Position numbers and translations under genes: made by a program. A DNA stretch of 64,000 nt from Camelus dromedarius (Eukaryota). This document shows positions 1-13,876 of this stretch, piece after piece (position 1 is the stretch's first letter; each line of letters begins with the position of its first letter). The notes under the pieces are model-generated. The model did no database searches. It worked only from the letters and a program-made list of their open reading frames with translations, and was not told where the DNA came from. The DNA lies in NCBI RefSeq assembly GCF_036321535.1, contig NC_087436.1, positions 78,618,001 through 78,682,000 of the forward strand. Reading direction: 5' to 3'.

Positions 1-560
1 CCGCACAGCTAGGGGCCTTTAAAAGGAACCGGAAATGGCGTTCGATAAGACGGCCGCGCGGGGACCATCGAGAACAAGGAGCGCTGTTTCGAAGGCGCGG
101 CTAGAGGGGCTCCTTCCTCCGCCCCCGCCTTTGCGAGGGTTCCTGGCCGCTCATCCACCAACCCCACCCCCACTCCCAGGAGCGGGCAGGAGCAGCGGCG
201 TCGGGCAGGGGTGTGGTAGCGCCTCCCGGAAGACGACTGTCCCCTGTGCGCCTGCGGACTGGGAGTGGGGAAGGGGAGGTGCACAGCCGGCGGCTCCTTC
301 TGTGCGGGAGGTCCCAGCCCTGGAAGGAAGGCTGCCCTGAGGTGTCGGCTCTGTCCCACGCGGCTGCTGGGGACGCCTGGCTCGCGGTGCCCTGAGCGAG
401 GTGCCGGGGTTGGCGGCGCGCGCGCGGCCTGCGGCAGCTCTCCTCCCACCGTAGTCGCCGACGACCGGGTGACATTGAGGTTTCCCCGACAGTCGTCGTC
501 GGGCTTCCCAGCCCCGGGCCAGCAGGCTGAGGCTGCTGACGATTAGGGCTGCTTTTTCTT
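1..560. promoter_or_regulatory. Edge of a CpG island promoter, probably the upstream/divergent flank of HNRNPD
   Basis: High GC/CpG; overlapping ETS (CCGGAAAT 29-36) and YY1-like (AAATGGCG 33-40) motifs. Gene identity rests only on the known HNRNPD-HNRNPDL-ENOPH1 synteny. Confidence 0.65.
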
Positions 561-3041
561 TTAAGATTTGCTTTCTAAGTAAGATTTTTTTACTTGCTTG
601 CATTTCTCCAGAACTTTTTCGTCAAAATACTCAGGTAGCTTGCATATTTTAAGGAACAGGGATTGTTTCGCTTTGCTTGCTTTATTTGAGGTTCCTAAAA
701 CCTACCAAGATTCTTTGAAAATCCTGAGAGTTGGGAAGTGGATTAGATCAACCAGTCGTTTAATTTAATGCCTTTTAGTCCTTGTACTAAATAGAATGTA
801 TATATGCTGTGAATCATCTTCCCAAGGTTTTTCTGTTGTGTTGTGGGGGGGGTGCTGGGGGGTTTGGGGGGGCGGGGATTGTTGTTAAATACCGCTAGGC
901 GTTTTATGCCGGATAACATTCAAGTTCTTTAATAGACCTATTAGAAATCCCAGGTGCCTTGGCTGGAAACTGGATTATTCGGGCTTTGGGATTTGCAACT
1001 TCCTGCAATTACATCTAGAAGAAAATGAAGCTTTTAGGTACTTCTTTAGTCAACAAATGATTATTTGCCTGTTTAGCATGTGCCCAGACACTGAGGAAAT
1101 GAAGACTAGTGAGAAATATAGCAAAGAACTCCGAAGAATTTATTTGTTTTCCACTATGTAATTAAATGAATTTGTGTTGACGCTATCCAGAAATCTCAAA
1201 GGAGGGTTTTAAAAGCATGTAATTTTTTTTATAATTAGACAAGCTTGCAGAATTTGCATTACAGAATAATTAAAACCCAGGAATACAGATCAAATTCTGA
1301 AAACATCTTAAAAAATGCTGAATTCCTGTATTAGGTAAATCATACCCAGGCAATGCTAAGAATGTGTATCTTAGATCAAGTGGTAGTGACTACAGGTATG
1401 TCTCCACCTGTCAAAATAAGAACCAAGAACAAAGTGGGTATTGTGCTCAAACCAATTATTTCAATTTAGAGACAACTAAGAAGAAGATCACCTAAGAGGG
1501 TGTCTCTTCAATCTCTTTTGCAGTCAAGAGAGGATTCTTTTGCTCTTAAAATAGCTTTAGAAGTACCTGCCTTTTAGTAATAAGACTTTTCCCAAAGGTT
1601 CGTTTTAATTCACACAGCCCGGTAGCTTCTGGACTTCTTGGAGTTTATACTTAAAAATTCTAGAAAACCTAGGAATGATTTTAAAGCTAACACCTGTACT
1701 GTATGTTATGTGAGTATGTATGATGCCTTATCACTCATATCCCATATTATGGTCCAAATCTCTGCACCCTGTGCTCCTGCACCTCCTATCCACCCAGCAT
1801 TCCTCTTAGAAGTCACTTCAACCCTAGTTCTTTCATTCCTCATCAGCCTGGTAAACTATTCCTTCAAAACCCCAGTTAGATGTTACTACTTTGGGACTTC
1901 TCAGGCTCCCTGAGGCAGAATTAATCATCCATTCTCACAGCCTTTATCCTTGCTTCTGCTCTTCTAAATATGCAATTGTACTAGACCATGAGTTCCTGAA
2001 AATTAAAGATAATATGTTCTTTGTATCCTTCCTACCTCATGCATATGTGTATACACACTCAGATATAGTAAACTAATTGCTGGTTGAATTGTTGAATGAC
2101 AACTTGCTAGGTTTAAGATCTTTCAGGCAAACTAGGTATTCTTCCAGGGACTTAAGTCTCTGCCCACCATTCCACTTTATCTGTAGCATAAAAACGCTTC
2201 CTCTAACCACTTGCTGATGTGTGAAATTCCTTAAGAAGGAGAAAACCAAACTTTTATTCCATATTCATAGGTAAAAATTTAATGTTGAAGTAGCTGGAGA
2301 TGATATATTAGCACTATATTAGACTGGCCCAGACCACTGCAGGGAAGTAGTGTCCCTTCTCAATGTCCATCTTATGAGAAACTCCACGCTCCAGGAGGTT
2401 CCCAGTGCATTTCAGATAACACTGAAACAGTAGATCCTTGTTAGATTCAGTACTTAAGAAGCCAAAAGTGCAGGAAAAAACTAGACTACTTATAAAAGGC
2501 CAAAAAAAGTTCATTTGAGGTTTAAACTGGAATCACTTTTATGCAGGACAAGATGTACACACCTAAGTTAAGGAGTCGCAGTTTTAATCTGCTAAATACA
2601 CTCTACAAATGGGACAAGCATATCTTTGCTCAAAAATTTTTACGTGGAGTATGCATTCCATTTGGCAACCTAGAATAAACAGTGTCCAGAAGAAACAGCA
2701 TGAAGAACCTATTTCCTATACAAGGTACACATCCTTGAGCCTCTTCTACAATCATGTTAAACAGCCATTTACTCAGTTGCAAAACACCCTCAATAGGATG
2801 TAAGCATTTTGTTGAAGAATTAGCTTGTGATTTTACGTGAAGTGACCAATTGTCCAGTGAACGTTCTCTATTATCATTCTTGCCTGTCAGGAAGCTCTCA
2901 TTTCACTTAGAGAAAAATAGCGGCCGTATCACTATGAACTGTCAAATTTCACTTAGCAAGTCTATTGTAGAATCTAAATTGAGCTTAACCACAGAGACAT
3001 CAGTAGGGTGCCTTTAGATTCAATTAAAGAAAACCTAGCTC

Positions 3042-3160
3042 GAGGGGAGGATAACAGCTCAGTGGTAGAGCACATGCTTAGCATGCATGAGGTCCTCAGT
3101 TCAATCTCCAGTATCTCTGTAAAATATAAATAAACAAATGGACAACAACAACAAAAAAAC
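3042..3160 (+). mobile_element. tRNA-Ala-derived SINE (camelid vic-1-like)
   Basis: GGGGAGG..AGCTCAGTGGTAGAG..GCTTAGCATGC..GTTCAATC, A-rich tail, TSD aaaacc(t/c)agctc. Confidence 0.85.
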
Positions 3161-3189
3161 CCAGCTCAGAAACATCCAAACAATAAGAA

Positions 3190-4130
3190 AAGTTAACTGT
3201 CACTCTAGACCTATGTATTTGATTGCCTACCTAACTTCTCCACTTGGATGTCCCACAGGCATCTCAAGCTTTAGATGTCCAAAACTGAACTCATCTTCCC
3301 TACAAATCATTTGGTCTTCCTATTCTCAGGACATGACACCTCCCCCCACCCATGGGCCCCTGACAAAAAATCAAGAAGTCCTTGATAGCACCCCTGTCTT
3401 CACCCCCCATAACCAATCAGTCACCAACTTCTACCTCTAAAATACATCTGCATTCCTCCAAATGCTTCTTAGAACATAAATAGTGGTTTATTTCTAGATT
3501 TATTCATCTTTGACCATGAAACCCATGGCACAGGTGCATTTCTGGTGCTGGGAATGTAACAATGACCAAAACAGACAAGGTCTTTCGTCTCATGGAGCTG
3601 ACATTCTAGTGGAAGAGGCAAACAACAGACAAAATAATACAATACAATTTTAGGTAGAGATAGGAAGAAAAATGAGTACAGTGCTAGAGACAGATTATGT
3701 ACTATTTTAGATACAGTGGTCAGAGAGACCCTTCAAGGAGGTACCTTTTTAAGTGGAGCCCAGAAGGAGGCGAAGGAGAAAGCGAAAAACAGAGCTGAGG
3801 GAAGAGTTTACAAGGCAGAAACAGAGTGTGCTTGGCACTTTCAGTGAATGAGAGAAGCCAATGTGGCTGAATAGAGTGAAGGCAAGAAAACATAATAGAT
3901 CATAACTGAGAGGTATTCAGAAACGAGGTCTCCCAGGGCCTTGTAAGATGCAGTTAGCACTTGGCTTTTATTACAAATGTGATGTGAATCTGGAAGGGTT
4001 TTGGGCAGGGGGAGGATATGACCTAATTTAAACTTTCAGTGGGCAGAATAATCCAGATAATTATAATATGGATTCTGATAATCCAGACCATTCTGGATGT
4101 TGTATGGACAGTAGACTGTGGGACGGTAGG
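3190..4130. mobile_element. L2 fragments
   Basis: tccacttggatgtcccacaggcatctcaa..tgtccaaaactgaactc; aaaacagacaagg..ctcatggagctgacattctagtgg. Confidence 0.65.
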
Positions 4131-5183
4131 TATCGGGAGGATGAGTTAGAAGGCCAGTCATGAGGCTTCTCATGGTTGATTTCTTCTGGCAAGAGGCTAA
4201 TCTCCAAATAAGGTGTTATTTATATGTGGTCATATGACTTTATGCTTTCTAGAATGACATTTTCTACAAAGAAAAACAAGCTCTGATGACAGCAGGAGGT
4301 CATTAAAAATAAGGCAAGAATTGGATTAACATTATTGCTCTTTCCAATAAAGAATAAGACTAACGTTTCCATTAAATTCGGTTTTTTTTTTCCTTTTTTC
4401 CCTCCCCCTTTCTGAAGCTCTGGGATGAAATTTTGGTTAGCTGCTGCAGCTAGGGCTCATCCAGAGCCTTCTCATAATCCTGCCTCAGGCATTGCATTAA
4501 GTACAATATTGTGACTATATCTGAGTTCTGGCATGTAGGATCATGCAGACTTCTTTCTTTTCCCAGGGATCAAGGCTGAAGCCAAATAATACCAGGTTTT
4601 GCTTCATAGTCTACCTTTAAGTTTCTTTTAGCTGCCGATTTTGTCCTGTTTAGTTTGTAGGAGTTCAAGGGAATAATTATTGAAAGAGAACATAATATAG
4701 ACAAGTTGGGGTTTCAGATTAAGTTTCCACTAACAAATACTGAAAGCCACAAAAAAAGTTTAGGAACATGTTTCTTGTCCTGGGGCTGTTTGGAGCCTTT
4801 TCCTTTATTGCAGTGTCTCTGAGTTGTTTGATATTCCTCGTCCCATACAAGCTGCCTGAGAATAATCACTTCCTTACACCAGGGCTGAGAGTTCTCAGGT
4901 GCTCAGACGCAGTACAGTTGCTCAAAAGTCACACTTTAAAAGTAGTGACACATAATCGCACAGTCCCTCTGACCATAGTAGGAGGGGTTATTCTGTTTAA
5001 CTGTTTCATGTCCTTGATATTTGGGCTACCATGGTAGACATTTGGAGTTGGAGCCCCCGAACATCGGTTGTCCCTTCTCCAGTTGACTAATCTGAATGAA
5101 CTCATCACCCCTAGTCACATCATTTTGGTTTGGGAAGAGCACACAGCCTACATCAACCAATCACATTCAAGAATTTCTCTTTG

Positions 5184-5313
5184 GTGTTTTTTTTGGGGGG
5201 GGGGTATAAATAGTTTTATTTATTTTATTTTTAGAGGAGGTACTGGGGATTGAACCCAGGACCTCCTGCATGGGAAGCATGCACTCTACCATGTGAGCTG
5301 TCCCCTCCCCCAC
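5184..5313 (-). mobile_element. tRNA-Ala-derived SINE (vic-1-like)
   Basis: A/B boxes on -; 16-bp TSD caagaatttctctttg at 5168-5183 and 5314-5329. Confidence 0.9.
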
Positions 5314-5659
5314 CAAGAATTTCTCTTTGACATTTGAAGAAATCCTCTCTTACTCATTAGTCAGTCATAAACTGAAAAGCATGTAGCAGAGGGAAAACCA
5401 GCAGCTGTTTTGTAACAAAAAGATACCTATGAAGATAGGAATCAAAGAGCAATAAAGAGTTACTGAGACATGGAAGACAGGATATCAGGTCCTGGTCACA
5501 TTCCTTGAGCAACCAGGTCAGTTTCCACCTACAGCTATCCCTACCTCTGGACAGTCACTGACTCCATACATTCCCTTTATCATTTAAGCCAGTTTGATTT
5601 GCCAGTTAATTTCTCAAAATTAAAAGTATTCTAACTATGCTGAATTGTTGGTTGTCAAC

Positions 5660-7470
5660 TTTGTGTTACTGCCACCCATGTGTACCATCTCCGCATTGCA
5701 AAGGAGAAGCCAAGAACGGTTCCCAGAATTCCCCTCCCTTGATGATTCCAAGTTAGAGTTTGCCAGTGAGAGGTGCTCACAGTATATAGGGAAGACAGGG
5801 GAAAGAAGCTTTTATTCTCTGTAGCAGCTCACAGACTTTTCTTCTTCCAGGAGATTGTGGCAGTTCCCAGCTTCCCAAATCTCGCCACAAGCTCTCACTT
5901 TGCAGCTGTGGCAGGCAAACACAATGGCATCTCAAACATATGCAAACTCCTGCTTTGTAGTCAAGGTGACCATAAATGGCAGCTTCTCAGACTCTCCCAC
6001 AAGCTCTGTCATCTTACATGGGTTCCGGCTTCTTCATCTGCTCCAATACTTCAAACCAATGTCATTAGTGAGTATTCTATAATCCTGCTGCTGCATCTCC
6101 CAGACGTGTCCTCCTCCAGTTTCTCCTACTTTCACCTAACCCTCAGTTCCTACATTAAATCTGTTTCTTCCAGATTACTTGCAGTGGCTTGATTTCCTTA
6201 AAACACCTAGTTATTGGTAATAGAAGTGGTTTCCAGGAGGCACAGAACTTTAAGGATGGGAATTGATTCTCAGGTCCCATTAGATTTAAAGGATCCTGTT
6301 GCCAGTGATAATGGCATTAACAGCCAGTAGTATACAGTGGCAAATGGCTAGTTATCACCTTGGACTACCAAGAATTTGCTGCAATAACATATGGAAATAA
6401 ATGGTACAAGGACTGTGGAGTGGAGTATTTCAAATTACACTGGAGAATTTAGAGAAAGAAAATGATACGCTCAAGGTGTAAAGTCCTAATTTGAGGATAA
6501 GGAACCATAAAGTTTCTTTCCTGCATTGGGGAAAAAAAACCCTTACCTGATATAGCCACAGGGTCAAGATTAGTGAAAAACAAACCCAAAATCTGATCAT
6601 GAAGAATGTTGAATTACAAAGCAAATCGAATTAACTTGCATAATCTCTTATGTTAAAGTTAAAACATTTAAGGAAAGAGTGGAACTGAAAATTAGCTGGG
6701 TATATTTGGACAAATTTCAGTGAAGCTGAGGACCTTGAACTCCAAAAATTTGCCAAGCCTTCCTAGCCAATAGAAACAGCTTTTCCTCTACTGTGGTAGG
6801 CACAGTAATGGGCCCCAAAGATGTCCACATCCTAATCTGCAAAACCTGTAGCTGTGTTGCCTTACAAAGCAAAAGGGATTGTGCAGCTTTGATTCAGTTA
6901 AGGCTCTTGAAATTGGAAGATCGTCCTGGACTATCCAGGTGCCCCCAGTGTAGTCACAAGAGTCCTTATAAGAGGGAGGCAAGAGGGTCAGCGGCAGAAG
7001 GAGAGATTTGAAATATATACCGCTGGCTTTGAGGACGAAGGAAGGGGACCACGTGCCAAGGAATGCATGTGGCCTCTAGCGGCTAGAAAAGGCAAAGAAA
7101 GAAAATCTCCCGTAAAGCCTCCAGAAGGAATGCAGCCCTGGTGACTCCTTTTTTAGTCCAGTGAGACTCCAGAGCTGTAAGATAATAAATTTGTGTTGTT
7201 TTAAGCCTATAAATTTGTGGCAATTTGTGACAGCAGCAATTGGAATCTGGCCCATCTATTTACTGTCTGGGGATTAGCCTCCCCTTGCCTGAGGAACCTT
7301 TCATGACCTATCCTGCAGTAGGTGCTTTGCAGAGCAATGTTGATTCTCCTCAAGACCCATACTTAGCAATTCTCATTTCACTGCTTCTAGACTAATAACT
7401 ACACTCATATCCTGCAAGACCCCAGGGAAGCAAGTACATTGCATAATATTCTATGGTGTTGACCATAGTT
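5660..7470 (+). mobile_element. LTR16-like LTR followed by ERVL-type internal remnant, interrupted by MLT1
   Basis: ttcccagaattcccct..gttagagtttgcca..gagagg; PBS-like ttggtaatagaagtggtt at ~6213; ERVL gag-like sequence (gaagctgaggaccttgaac). Confidence 0.55.
6792..7245 (+). mobile_element. MLT1 (MaLR) solo LTR, MLT1D-like
   Basis: tgtggtagg..ccccaaagatgtccacatcctaatc..ctgtaagataataaatttgtgttgttttaagcc..acagcagcaat. Confidence 0.85.
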
Positions 7471-7978
7471 TAAACAAATTTGGAAAGCTATTTGTAAAGA
7501 TTGCTAAAACATTTCCCAAAGGGGATAAAGTATTTGTTCAAGAGGACCAGAACATAAAAGTTTTTTTAGTCTACTGTTAGTTTAACTTTATGGCTAACTG
7601 GCAGTCTAGGTGACATATAGCTCTGTTTGTGAGGGCTGATTTTTTTTCTCAGTATCATACTGTGCTTGTATGATGATGAAAATGATCCAATAGAAAGATG
7701 AAAACTGGTGATGTAGGGTAGAAATGGGGAGGTAATTGCAGAAGCCAGGTTCTTAAGTGGGTAAGAGAAGGTGGAATCCGACACGCAAGGTAGAGTAAAG
7801 GTGATCCATCTGCCTCATAGGAGGGAAGGGAGATTACATGAGTACAGATGCAGGTAAATTGATAGGTTTGATGATAAACAGATAATGAGTTCTGATTCCT
7901 TCTATTTTTGTCAGTTAAGAAATCTGTCATTGGTGTTGACAGGGGTGGATGTAGAGAAGATTTAAGAATATTAGGGAA

Positions 7979-8139
7979 TAAGAGGGGAGGGTATAGCTCA
8001 AGTGATAGAGTGCATGCTTAGCAGGCATAAAGTCCTGGATTCAATCCCCGGTACTGCCATTAAACAAACAAACAAACAAACAAACCTGATCACCTACCTT
8101 CCTCCCCCAATAATAATGAAATAAACAAATAATTTTAAA
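7979..8139 (+). mobile_element. tRNA-Ala-derived SINE (vic-1-like, long-tail form)
   Basis: 15-bp TSD aagaatattagggaa at 7964-7978 and 8140-8154; (AAAC)n tail. Confidence 0.9.
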
Positions 8140-11100
8140 AAGAATATTAGGGAAAGTAGAAATGCAAATTCCCTAGACCCAGGAAATCCAAGACTTTAAT
8201 AAAAATGTTGATCAGGACAGAGCCCAGATAAAGCCTTAGTGGAAGCTACTGGAGATCTACACAGAAGAGCTGGAAGCCACGCCCTTCAGAAACCTTAGGC
8301 AGAGGGTCCCTGATTTACCCTGATTTATCTTCTGTGGGTGTGGTCATTTAACCAGTTACAATATACCTTCTTGTCTATTCAACCAACTCTGTCTCCACCC
8401 TGTTGCCAAGGACTCATGAGAAATCCAGGGAGTAAATATGTTTTGAGTTGTCTGCCAAGCCAGACAACTCCTTTCTCTGAACTCTCTCCTCAACCAAGGG
8501 TGGCCCATTTGCAGCCAAATTTGTATTATATGACCCCACCTCCACCTCCACTGCCAAAACCAAGTCCAAGGTGGACATCTGACCCAAACTGGTCAATTGG
8601 ATTTTCTCTCCTAGGAGTTGAAATTGAATTGAAATTAGGATACTGGGTCTGTAAGCGTTTGGCCAGAGGACTGGAATTAGGGGAAAATTTGATTATAGGA
8701 TTGAACAGCCTTTGTGCGCCATGTGACTCGGAGAAGCTGAGAACATAAATTTTGAGTGTGAAGGGAGAGAAGGATAAATGAATGAGCAGATGTGTAGAAA
8801 GAACAAGGGACCAGAGGCCACGTGGTTCTGACAAGCTGCAGATGGCATCTACCTTGATTCTTCATGATACACCAATCACTGACTTCTGTCCTCAGCTGAA
8901 CTTCCGCCCTTGGGTTATATGCAATTCTCCTGTCCCCAAGATTCATATTTTACATGAGCAAATCTGAGTACATTTTTGTTACTGTAATCCAAAGAACCTT
9001 GATCAAGAGCAGAGATATATCAAATGCTATGCTGAAATCAGGATATACTGTGCCTATAGCATTTTACTAATCTAGTATAATAACCAGTTCTGTAAGGGGA
9101 AAAAAAAATAATTGAACCAAGGCTGGATGGTTATTTAGTGACTGCATGCAAATTTGGGCGAGTTGCGAAGAAAAAAGCAGTAGTCATTACATATAATCCA
9201 GCTGTATTTTTTTAATCATTAAAAAAACCTTATTCAATTTGAAGAGCAATGAAAGTAAAGAAAAAAAATAACTCATAAGACTATCTTCCTAATATAACCA
9301 CTCTGAGCATTTTGATGTGTTTCATGTCAGTTTTTTTCCCCTAATGTGTTCACTTTGAAACAGTAAAATTGCATATCCTACTTTTTGCATCAGATATTAT
9401 GCCGCTGTATTTCCTATGTTGCTGCATAATCTTCATAGCTAAAATTGTAATGGCTGCCTAATATTCTACCAAGTATAGTATAATAGATATACTATAAAAA
9501 TTACACTGCAGTGATTACCTAGTGTTCTCCAGTTTGAAATTCCAAGAAGAAATTCCTAACTTAGTAACTTAGTAAAGAAGTTCTCTTTTGTAGGGTTGGA
9601 AAAAATCAGACTTTACCATTTTGCATCCCTCAAGATTACTGTTCACCTTTTTTGGAAATTTATTCTGAGTTAATCACCCTTTGATTAATAATTCAACCTC
9701 ATATGAGGTTGGTATTCTCCTTCATAGCAGCCATACATGTTCAGGCCACTGGAAAGGAAACTTCCCTCGTCCCTAAGTTTGTTCATTAATAAATTAATAA
9801 ATTGGCATTTTGGTTTGTGCAGTGGCGTCTTGTGTGTTTACAGTGGCAGAATCTGTACCTGGAAATCTGAGACCAGACCTTGGTTTGCAGTGGGCATACC
9901 AAAGTAGTGCTACTGTGGGCCCTTTTCAGAGGCCTGTCAGCCCCCTTCATTCCCATCTCTGCTGAGCGCTGGCCTCACTGACTGTGGAAGACCTCAAACC
10001 TGAAACCTATGAAAAACACCCAAGCAATAGCAGAGTAATTGGCAGGAAGTAGCCAAGACGAGAACAGAGTGATCTCATCTATGCTCATAGTTTCAAATAC
10101 CATCTCATGATAACTTTAAAGCTTCAGATTTCTGTTCATTGTTATTCTATGTCATTTTGCCTTCCGTTATTTTCAGATTTAGCATTAATCTGGATTTTTC
10201 CTCCATCCTTCAAAAAAGCCCTCTTTATCAGTTTAGTATATTTCTGGAAAAAGTCTGTTTACCCCTAGTCCTTTAGAGATGCACTCTATCCCTAACCAAG
10301 ATACTAGTTTTTATTATCCAAAGATGTCATTCAGGAAACCCAATTCTACGATGCTAAGCATCCGCATACCGTATCGTTCTTCCTTTCCATTGCCAACCTT
10401 CTATTGAAAACGCTGTTGCGAATGCTGTTTGTACGTCTAAATACTTCATCTTCTGGCCTCGCACTTCAAAATTCCTTAATGTACATCCTAGTTCTCTTAT
10501 GCAAAGGAAGGATAGCCTTCCCCCAACAAATCCATAAAGGCAGGTGGTGACTCTCAAGTGTTTGAGACATAGGCCTTCTGTCACCTTCCAACAAGATACT
10601 CTAGGAAGACCACTTACCTCTCCATGGGCCACAGCAGGGACCGAGGCTGCCTCTGCACTTCCTCAGGAAGTTGTCAAGCATCACGCACTTAACAAACACT
10701 TCATTATGGCCTCTTGTGCGGCAAGCAGCATGATAGGGCCAGCACAGACCCTAACAGTATGACAGCTCTTCTCTCTGAGTCTAGGAACCAGTATCCTTCA
10801 CTGTCTACCACTTGCCAAGCTTCATTATTTTATTTTGTACTATATGCTTATTTTTACTTTAAAGTAATATTAAAGTACACAAATAATAAGCAAATACAGT
10901 TTCACTCTTAACGATCCAAACAGAAGAATATAGAGTGAAAAGAGAAAGTCCTCTTCACTCTCACCTAACCCATTCCCACTCTCCAAAAATAGACATACAA
11001 ACTTTAGAGTAGTACCACTGTTCTTGAATTCTCCCACTCACGTTCTGGTCTGCCCTCTCTTTAAACTCCGTTATTCCCCCCAGTTTTTGCCTTGGTCCTC

Positions 11101-12004
11101 TTCTCTTCTTACTATAGATCCCTTTCTGAGTGACTTTATCCATAGATGAGGTATACTCATAACTTCAAACACTATGTCACTATGATAACTTTATCTCTGT
11201 GGTTTAAAGTCACCGCATACAGTGTATGATCAGAGCTTCACAGTGGCCCGCTAGCTGCCAGTCTATTCGCCTTTAGAAGCAAACATCTAAGTTGATCAAA
11301 AAAGAAATTTTGTTTTTAATTTTTGGAAATGACTCACATCCTTCCACCTTTTTCAGTCTTCACTCTTCTTTACTTACACTGAGAAAGTTTCTTCAGTGAC
11401 TTCTTAATCTGTCTACAGAGAATGTTGTAAGATATTTAGTAAATTTTCCTATAATCACAGCTTTCAGCCTACGTGACTGAATGTCCAATATTGCGTAAAG
11501 AATTAAAAGGTGAAAGGCTGACTGCATACGGTAATTTTATTTGCCATGTAAGAGTAGATTTTTTTAAGGTTAATGTCCTATTTCAATAACCTTTGTACCA
11601 TAAGAATTATGAAAACAATTCCACCAAACTTTTTTCTTTATTTGAATTTTTTACTGAGATCATTTTAGATTCACATACAGTTGTAAGAAATAAATAGATC
11701 CCTCATACATTTTACCCAGTTTCCTCCAATGGCAACATTTTTCAAACTACCATATAAATCACAACCAGGAAACTGACGTTAATACAAGCCACATATCTTC
11801 ACATTTCCCCAGTTTTGCTCTGTGTACATTACACAATTTTGTCACATGTGTGGGTTTATGTACTCCACCATCATAGTCAAGACACTAAACAATTCCAGCA
11901 CCTTGTGCTACCCTTTTATAACACCCACCTCCCATCCCTAACCCCTGAGCCACTAAGCTGTCTCCATTTCTAAAGTTTATCATTTCAAAGTATTACATAA
12001 AGTA

Positions 12005-12091
12005 GGGGAGGGAAATAGTTCAGTGGTAGAGTGCATGCCTAGCATGCAGGAGGTCCTAGGTTCAATCCCCAGTACCACCATTAAAAAAAAA
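12005..12091 (+). mobile_element. tRNA-Ala-derived SINE nested in an old L1
   Basis: GGGGAGGG..TCAGTGGTAGAG..GGTTCAATCCCCAGTACC plus poly(A). Confidence 0.85.
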
Positions 12092-12705
12092 TTCAAAATA
12101 ATTCATAAAGGAATCACACTGTTACTTTTTGGGATTTTTTTTTTTTCACTCAGTCTAATTCTCTGGGGATCCATTCACAGGTTGGATCCATCCCCACCTG
12201 AATACAGGTGGTCTATATCAATAGTTTGTTCCTTTTACTGTTGAGTGATATCCCATGACATAGATGCATGACACTATTTAAACCACTCAGCTGTTGAAGG
12301 ACATCTGGGCAATTTCCATTTTGGGGCTATTACAAGTAAAGCTGCTATGAACATTCATGTACAGGTTTTTGGATGAATCAATTTTCATTTCTTTAGAATA
12401 AATGCCCAAGCATGTAATTGCTGGGTTGGATGCTACTTGCATGTTTTGTTTTATAGAAAACTGCCAAACTGTTTCCCAGGGTGCCTGTACCATTTTACGC
12501 TCTCAAAATTGTCTGATGGTGCACTTTTTCTAGCATCCTCGCCAGTATTTGGTATTATCACTATTTATTATTTCAGCCATTCTGGTAGGTGTATAGTGAT
12601 ATCTCGTGGTTTTAATTTGCATTTCCTGATGGTTAAGGATCTAATACATCTTTTCATGTGTTTATTTGCCTTTGCACACCCCCTTCGGTGAAATATCTAT
12701 GCATA

Positions 12706-13876
12706 TTTATAGGGAAAACTCACTGTGTTTCTCTTCTGCTCTATTAATACTACACTCACACTTAAACACTCCACTCCACAACACTTCTGACACCAACTCT
12801 GATGGAAAAAATCTTTATTTCCTCCTTTACTTATATTCATAACACTTCTGTGACCAGAGGTGTATGGGTTTTTCCCCAACAACATGCAGTTCTCAGATTC
12901 TGCCAAACAAGCTGGGTATGCTATCACTTAACTCAATTCTGACAGTCTACCTGGACATAGCATCAGATCCCACAAGTTAAGGATTCAGACCCACAAGACT
13001 GCCCACCCTTCCCCACTTCAGATGCCAATTGCAGGTCCAGATCTTTCCCTGTTCTTCTGACTAACCAGGTATAAATCAGAGTTTCCACCAACTCCCTCCT
13101 CAGGTTTCATTAATTTGCTAGGGCAGCTCACAAAACTCACAGGAGAACAGTTTTACTTACTAGATCACCAGTTTATTATAAAAGGATACAACTCAGGAAC
13201 AACCAGATGGAAGAGACATATAGGACAAAGTATGGGGGAAGGAGCACAGAGCTTCCATGACATCTCTGAACACATCTTTCTCCCAGCATCTGTGTTTTCA
13301 CCCACCTAGAAGCTCCCAAACCTTGTTCTTTTGGGTTTTTATGGAGGCCTTCTTATGTAGGCATGATTGATTCATTCACTGATCACTAGTGATTAATTCA
13401 GCCTCCAGCCCCTCTCTGCACTGCAGAGATGAGGAGGTGGGCAAAAGTTCTAACCCTCTAATCACATGGTTGGTTCTTCTGACAACCACCTTCTATCATG
13501 TGGTTATCTAGGGGCTTTCCGAAAATCACCTCATTAACATACACAGGGTGGGGATGTGAAAGGGAGTTTTTATGAATAACAAAAGACATACATTTTCTTT
13601 ACTGCTCTAAAGCTATTTCAGATACTGAAGACAAACAACTAATTATTACAACAAAAGATGTCCCTATTGCTCTAATCACTTAGGAAATTACAAGGGTTTG
13701 GGGATTATGTGCCAGGAACTATACTCAATATCTTATAGTAACCTATAATGAAAAAGAATATGAAGGAATATATGTATGTACACATCTGACTGAACATGCT
13801 GTACATCAGAAATTGACACAACATTGTAAATTGATGATACTACAAATTTAAAAAATGGAAAAAACCACAATACCAC
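12706..13876 (-). mobile_element. ERV LTR (MER21/MER34-like) inserted in L1, itself containing a young L1 tail at ~13718-13862
   Basis: atcagatcccacaagttaagg..cacttcagatgccaa..gctagggcagctcaca..ggaaattacaaggg..tgtgccaggaac; host L1 resumes at ~13877. Confidence 0.7.

Noticed and set aside
9..603. Several 60-150 aa ORFs at the window start
   Set aside because: CpG island artefacts with no recognisable protein similarity
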